In this document: piece by piece, positions 59,671 through 64,000 of the stretch
Numbering within the stretch: position 1 is the stretch's first letter
How the letters are laid out: each line of letters starts with the position of its first letter
Notes under the pieces: generated by a model
Seen by the model: the letters and a program-made list of their open reading frames with translations, nothing else
The model's database searches: none
What the model was told of the DNA's origin: nothing
Origin: Candidatus Kapaibacterium sp.
GTDB taxonomy: Bacteria > Bacteroidota > Ignavibacteria > Kapaibacteriales > UBA2268
Assembly (NCBI GenBank): GCA_963665665.1
Contig: OY762428.1
Coordinates: 4,544,001-4,608,000 of the forward strand
Reading direction: 5' to 3'
Length of the DNA: 64,000 bases
Position numbers and translations under genes: made by a program

Positions 59671-60726
59671 ATGAAAAAATTATTATTAATATTATTGATC
59701 AGTGCGGGGTTCGTTTCATGTATCAGCGAAGAGGATCCCGTGCAGCCATTCCCGAGGGGAGACCTTACAACAGGAAATACAGGCGATAATGATATTTATT
59801 ACCAGCAGGTTTATTACGACCTGAGTTCGAATACCATGAAAGCCGTTAATAACAATATGGATTGGGATCTTGGCTTCGAGGGATCTGAGGAGGGGTTCCA
59901 TGTAATACTCAATTTTGGCCGTTTGATGAAAGCGGTTGATCTTGGCCCGGTTGACTTTGATTCTGTAACTGAAGATAACCTGCCTGATAAAGATTCGCCG
60001 CTTTGGGAGGTCGACCATCCCGAAGGCAAGCTGGATTCGGGTGTATTTGCTATTTGGTGGGATATTCAGGAAGGCCCGGGCAAATCTCTTGATCATGTTT
60101 ACCTTATAGACAGGGGACCTTATGAAAACAGGGCCTCCAGGTATCTGAAAATGAAGATAAATGGATTTACTGACTCTGTTTATTCTATCAGCTATGAATA
60201 TTTCCATACAGGCGACGGTATTGTGTATAACATGATTGTGAAAGACAACGACGTGAACTTTACATGTTTTTCTTTTGCCGAGGGTGGTAAAACCGTTGAT
60301 TTACAGCCTGATAAAAATGATTGGGATATTCTGTTTTCAACCTATACCGAAAAATTATGGGACGGCTCCCAGTATTTGATCTACTCAGTGCGAGGGGCGC
60401 TTATCAATTATAAATATTGTGCCGCTCTATATCTTGATTCAGCAATTGTTAATGATTATTTTGACGGGGAAGTAGAATTTTCCGAATTAGATTATGATTC
60501 CGTTAAGGATTTGGAACTGCTGCCCGTAAGAAATGAAATAGGGCACGACTGGAAAAGGATAATTGATATCAATGATCCTAATCTTGGTTATGAAGTAAAG
60601 TCCGGACAGATTTATATAATCAAAGACACTGACGGATTTTTATATAAACTGCATTTTATTGGTTATTCCAGTCAGACAGGGCTGGGTATAAAGGGCTTCC
60701 CGATATTTGAATTCAAGCAGTTGTAA
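59671..60726 (+). CDS. HmuY-family lipoprotein
   Basis: Lipobox FVSC; WDLGF, WDILFSTY, IGHDWK, YKLHFIGY and GFPIFEF motifs. Confidence 0.8.
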   Translation: MKKLLLILLISAGFVSCISEEDPVQPFPRGDLTTGNTGDNDIYYQQVYYDLSSNTMKAVNNNMDWDLGFEGSEEGFHVILNFGRLMKAVDLGPVDFDSVTEDNLPDKDSPLWEVDHPEGKLDSGVFAIWWDIQEGPGKSLDHVYLIDRGPYENRASRYLKMKINGFTDSVYSISYEYFHTGDGIVYNMIVKDNDVNFTCFSFAEGGKTVDLQPDKNDWDILFSTYTEKLWDGSQYLIYSVRGALINYKYCAALYLDSAIVNDYFDGEVEFSELDYDSVKDLELLPVRNEIGHDWKRIIDINDPNLGYEVKSGQIYIIKDTDGFLYKLHFIGYSSQTGLGIKGFPIFEFKQL

Positions 60727-60751
60727 ATGAAATTTTTACTGAGGTATCTAA

Positions 60752-60796
60752 AAGGCCTGAAAAGTTGTCATTCATAAAGCTTTTCAGGCTTTTTTC
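60752..60796 (+). terminator. Intrinsic terminator
   Basis: GCCTGAAAAG/CTTTTCAGGC stem + T-run. Confidence 0.8.
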
Positions 60797-60924
60797 TTTA
60801 GCTCAAAGAAATAATTTAATTGCAGAATAAGTATTTCTTAATTAACTTTGCTGTATAATAATTAATGGATAAACAAACTAAAAGACATACCAGTATATCC
60901 GAAATATTTACTAAGGAGGAACAA

Positions 60925-61662
60925 ATGCTATTTCGATTAATATTTTCATTTTTACCTGCACTTCTTATCTTTACCAATTATTCATATTCACAAGTTGAAA
61001 TTACAACCCAATCAGGAGATACTTTTGTTGGTATTTTATACAAGCAGGATGATAAAACAATTACTCTTAAAACATTTGATCTAATTGAAATTAAAATACT
61101 TGAGAAAGAAATTGAAGTTACAAAAAAACTAAAAACTAGGCTTATTACCAACAGCGGGCATGAATATTCAGGGCATATAAAAAAATTGGAAAATAATAAA
61201 TATACTGTTATTACTGATAGCGGCAGCGAAATTGAAATTCCTGTTAGCAGTGTAAAAGAATACAGTACTAACTCTACTGTCGGTAAATCTAAAATTGATG
61301 AGTATGGAATGATTGGAGGAGCATTGGGCACTCCGGGAGTTTTAAATTTAATACTTGGGTATCAGTTTAATAATTCTTTTGGAAACAAACTTTCTTTCGG
61401 AGGTTTCTATGGTGAGGATCCTGTTTTCGGACTCCAGATTAATGCTATGTTTAACATAATAAAAAGACCGTCAGTTGAGCAGAATATATCACTGGGATTT
61501 GGATGGTCTCAAATTGAACATTCCTGGCTATATACAGGAATATTTTATGACATAAATATTTATGGAGTTTATTCGGAACTTGGATTAACAATTGGCGATG
61601 GAATTTATTCAAATCCTCAATTATTTTTCCAGTTGGGCTATGTTTACAGATATAATGATTAA
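60925..61662 (+). CDS. Hypothetical exported protein (repeated small beta domain + probable barrel)
   Basis: AAGGAGG RBS, signal peptide, repeated ITxxSGxxxxG, terminal QLGYVYRY. Confidence 0.65.
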   Translation: MLFRLIFSFLPALLIFTNYSYSQVEITTQSGDTFVGILYKQDDKTITLKTFDLIEIKILEKEIEVTKKLKTRLITNSGHEYSGHIKKLENNKYTVITDSGSEIEIPVSSVKEYSTNSTVGKSKIDEYGMIGGALGTPGVLNLILGYQFNNSFGNKLSFGGFYGEDPVFGLQINAMFNIIKRPSVEQNISLGFGWSQIEHSWLYTGIFYDINIYGVYSELGLTIGDGIYSNPQLFFQLGYVYRYND

Positions 61663-61720
61663 TACGTTTGTTTGGAAATGGCGTTACAGGACAGGTAACA
61701 TTCTAATAAAAGTGGAGTAT

Positions 61721-61828
61721 ATGTATAGATTTCTAAGCCTGATTTTTCTTCTGTTGATAATTACTGGGTGCGCCAGGACTTATGATAAATATACTGATCC
61801 TGATTATAATAATATATCTTGCTTTTAA
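61721..61828 (+). pseudogene. Probable truncated lipoprotein (35 aa)
   Basis: GGAG RBS, MYRFLSLIFLLLIITGC lipobox, stop after 18 further codons. Confidence 0.4.
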
Positions 61829-61870
61829 TAGTCTTTATTGTTATAATAAACGTACGGAAAGGAGTACTAA

Positions 61871-62113
61871 ATGAGAACAATAAATGTAACAAATGCCAGA
61901 AAAAAGCTTTATTCAATAATTGAAGATGTGAATAATTCTCACAGCCCTATACATATTAGCAGTAAAAAAGGTTCAGCAGTTATTATGTCTGAGCAGGACT
62001 GGAATGCAATTGAGGAATCACTTCACTTAAGTTCTATTCCCGGGATGGTTGATTCAATAAGGGAAGGGCTGTTAACGCCTGTTGAAGATTGTTCCGATAA
62101 ATTAGACTGGTAG
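61871..62113 (+). CDS. yefM: Phd/YefM antitoxin
   Basis: INVTNARKKLYSII, AVIMSEQDWNAIEESLHL; GTAC-core palindromes just upstream. Confidence 0.92.
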   Translation: MRTINVTNARKKLYSIIEDVNNSHSPIHISSKKGSAVIMSEQDWNAIEESLHLSSIPGMVDSIREGLLTPVEDCSDKLDW

Positions 62114-62114
62114 T

Positions 62115-62375
62115 ATGTATAAGTTAGTTTTTACCAGACAGGCTCAAAAGGATTCTGTAAAAATTATAAATGCCGGATTAAAGAATAATGTTGAAAAATT
62201 ATTATCCGTTCTATCAGAGAATCCATATACTAACCCACCCCTTTACGAGAAATTGGTTGGCGATCTTTCTGGTGCGTATTCACGAAGAATCAATATTCAG
62301 CAAAGACTGATCTATCAGGTCTATGAAAAAGAAAAGATCGTAAAAGTGATCCGTATGTGGACACATTATGAATGA
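62115..62375 (+). CDS. yoeB: Txe/YoeB mRNA interferase toxin
   Basis: YEKLVGDLSGAYSRRINIQQRLIY...MWTHYE. Confidence 0.93.
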   Translation: MYKLVFTRQAQKDSVKIINAGLKNNVEKLLSVLSENPYTNPPLYEKLVGDLSGAYSRRINIQQRLIYQVYEKEKIVKVIRMWTHYE

Positions 62376-62487
62376 TAAGTGAGGAAAAATTAAAATTAGA
62401 TTCAGAAAATATAATTTTTCGAAAACAAAAAAACTCCTTCTCAAATAATAACTGAAAAGGAGTTTAACACTTTTATAAGGCAGGTGA

Positions 62488-63234
62488 TTATAATATTTTC
62501 TGAATTGCCCTGAATGCATCTTTAATTGTGTTGTCTATTTTACCTTCATTCTTGTCATCTGTAGGATCAAGGTAGGAATCGTTGTCAAGTAACAGGAGTG
62601 GAACATAAACACCCAGATTTACATTTATCAGTTCACCATCCTCAATGATAATTCCAGAATAGAAATCTGTTGTGATATTAGCTGTTACCGTGCCGTTATA
62701 TACAAAATCGTTCCAGTTGCCGTTTTCAAGATATTTACCCTCGATTATTACCGAATAGCGGTCGGATGTGGCAAAATCAGCTAAGTCGGTATCTGTTTCG
62801 TACTGAGTTCTTTCTGATTCAGAGAAGCGGTGAAGTTCAAATTTTATCTTGTCATAGTTTCCGATAGGAACAGTTCCCTTGGAAATCATTATCTCGTTTG
62901 TCTCGAAATCCGCTGCAAAAAGAAAAGGGCCGGCTTTAACTAAGTGGTCACCCTCGGATTCCGTGTTGTTTTCGTTATGCATTTTTATTTCCGAAATCAG
63001 GAACCTGACTTTTGTGACATATACTGAATCCACGTAAGAATTAGCAAGAACCTGGTATCCGGTTTTCTTTTCATTTTCGATATTAATTCCGTCCGGCAGG
63101 GTTTGCATTAATGATGAGTAAATTGCAACTTCCCCGGTAGCATCCGGGCTGGTTGAATCGTCCTGGCAGGAGTAATTAAAACTGATAATAACAGTTAGCA
63201 AAATTAAAGCAAGTTTCTTCATGATAGTATCCAA
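62488..63234 (-). CDS. Hypothetical lipoprotein (DUF4382-like)
   Basis: Lipobox NYSC + acidic QDD; VPIGNYDKIKFELH. Confidence 0.65.
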   Translation of the reverse strand: MDTIMKKLALILLTVIISFNYSCQDDSTSPDATGEVAIYSSLMQTLPDGINIENEKKTGYQVLANSYVDSVYVTKVRFLISEIKMHNENNTESEGDHLVKAGPFLFAADFETNEIMISKGTVPIGNYDKIKFELHRFSESERTQYETDTDLADFATSDRYSVIIEGKYLENGNWNDFVYNGTVTANITTDFYSGIIIEDGELINVNLGVYVPLLLLDNDSYLDPTDDKNEGKIDNTIKDAFRAIQKIL

Positions 63235-63531
63235 AAAATTAAAACAATTTAATTTAAGTACGTTCGAATAAAATTTTTATTTAGTAAAATTTTTCACGAC
63301 TTAATTACTTTGATTATTCAAACTTAGCTGTTTATCACTCTTTTGTAATTAATAATTTATTTCGTATTTTCAAATTCCAAAAATATTCACTTTCTTCCTG
63401 TCCAAAATATTTGGAAATTAAAAACTTATGCACTATATTGCAAAGCTCTGAAAAGAGCGTTTGATAATTAGGGAATGTCTTTTTGTACATTCCGATGTTT
63501 AACAAATTTATTTTATAATTGGAGTTTTTTT

Positions 63532-64000
63532 ATGTCCAACAATGAAAACCTGAATCCGGTTGCAGAAGAAACCGAGAACAAGGAAACCAATCCCATGGCA
63601 GGTCTCGAACAGTCAAATGTAAATGTCGTTGAGAAAAACAGGGAATTCGTTGCAAGAATTCTTGAAGAAGGCTTTTCAGCCCTTGAATTAGACGATGACG
63701 CGTTCGAACAATTAGCCGACAAAACCATCTTTACAATCAAGGAAGATGAACTTGTATCGGGTAAGATCGTTGCCATAACAAAAGATGAAGTTCAGGTTGA
63801 TATAGGATTTAAATCACTTGGTGTAGTTCCCAGGGCTGAACTTTTAAATGCTGAAACTTATCAGATCGGTGATGAAATTGATGTTTTCATCGAAAAAATT
63901 GAAGATACTAACGGCAAGCTTATCCTATCACGCCGCCGTGCCGACTTCATGAGAATCTGGGAAGACATCATTGCACTGTATGAAAAACAGGAAATCACAA
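63532..64000 (+). CDS. rpsA: 30S ribosomal protein S1 (5' part; runs off the window)
   Basis: Hand-translated: ELVSGKIVAITKDEVQVDIGFKSLGVVP...IGDEIDVFIEKIEDTNGKLILSRRRAD. Confidence 0.93.
   Translation, partial: MSNNENLNPVAEETENKETNPMAGLEQSNVNVVEKNREFVARILEEGFSALELDDDAFEQLADKTIFTIKEDELVSGKIVAITKDEVQVDIGFKSLGVVPRAELLNAETYQIGDEIDVFIEKIEDTNGKLILSRRRADFMRIWEDIIALYEKQEIT

Overview
64-kb, AT-rich chromosomal window from an FCB-group bacterium (Bacteroidota/Chlorobi/Ignavibacteria/Kapabacteria-like). The lineage is inferred from T9SS C-terminal domains, a DUF4835/PorD gene, HmuY-like proteins and TAnnTTTG promoter boxes. Housekeeping content: aroB-aroD-aroE/aroK fusion, ccmE-ccmF-TlpA, murC, argD, serA-like + DUF1015, a PpiD-like PPIase, a gamma-CA-like protein and partial rpsA. 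Accessory content: a translationally coupled 4-gene operon (membrane-anchored PhnD-like protein, TolC, two ATP-grasp proteins), two tandem orphan histidine kinases sharing a near-identical 584-bp core, an RqlH/RqlI-like RecQ-PRTase + DprA pair, tandem T9SS beta-propeller genes separated by a repeated REP spacer, a heme-uptake-like locus preceded by a His-rich RAPP uORF, and yefM-yoeB. The most unusual signals are (1) a ~1.9-kb composite repeat present twice in inverted orientation (28.9-30.8 kb, 44.5-46.4 kb), whose two 21-bp tandem arrays are diverged reverse complements of each other, and (2) a candidate ~490-nt structured, GGA-rich ncRNA between murC and argD. No rRNA, tRNA, CRISPR array or transposase was recognised. 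All product calls are from motif recognition by eye, not database searches.
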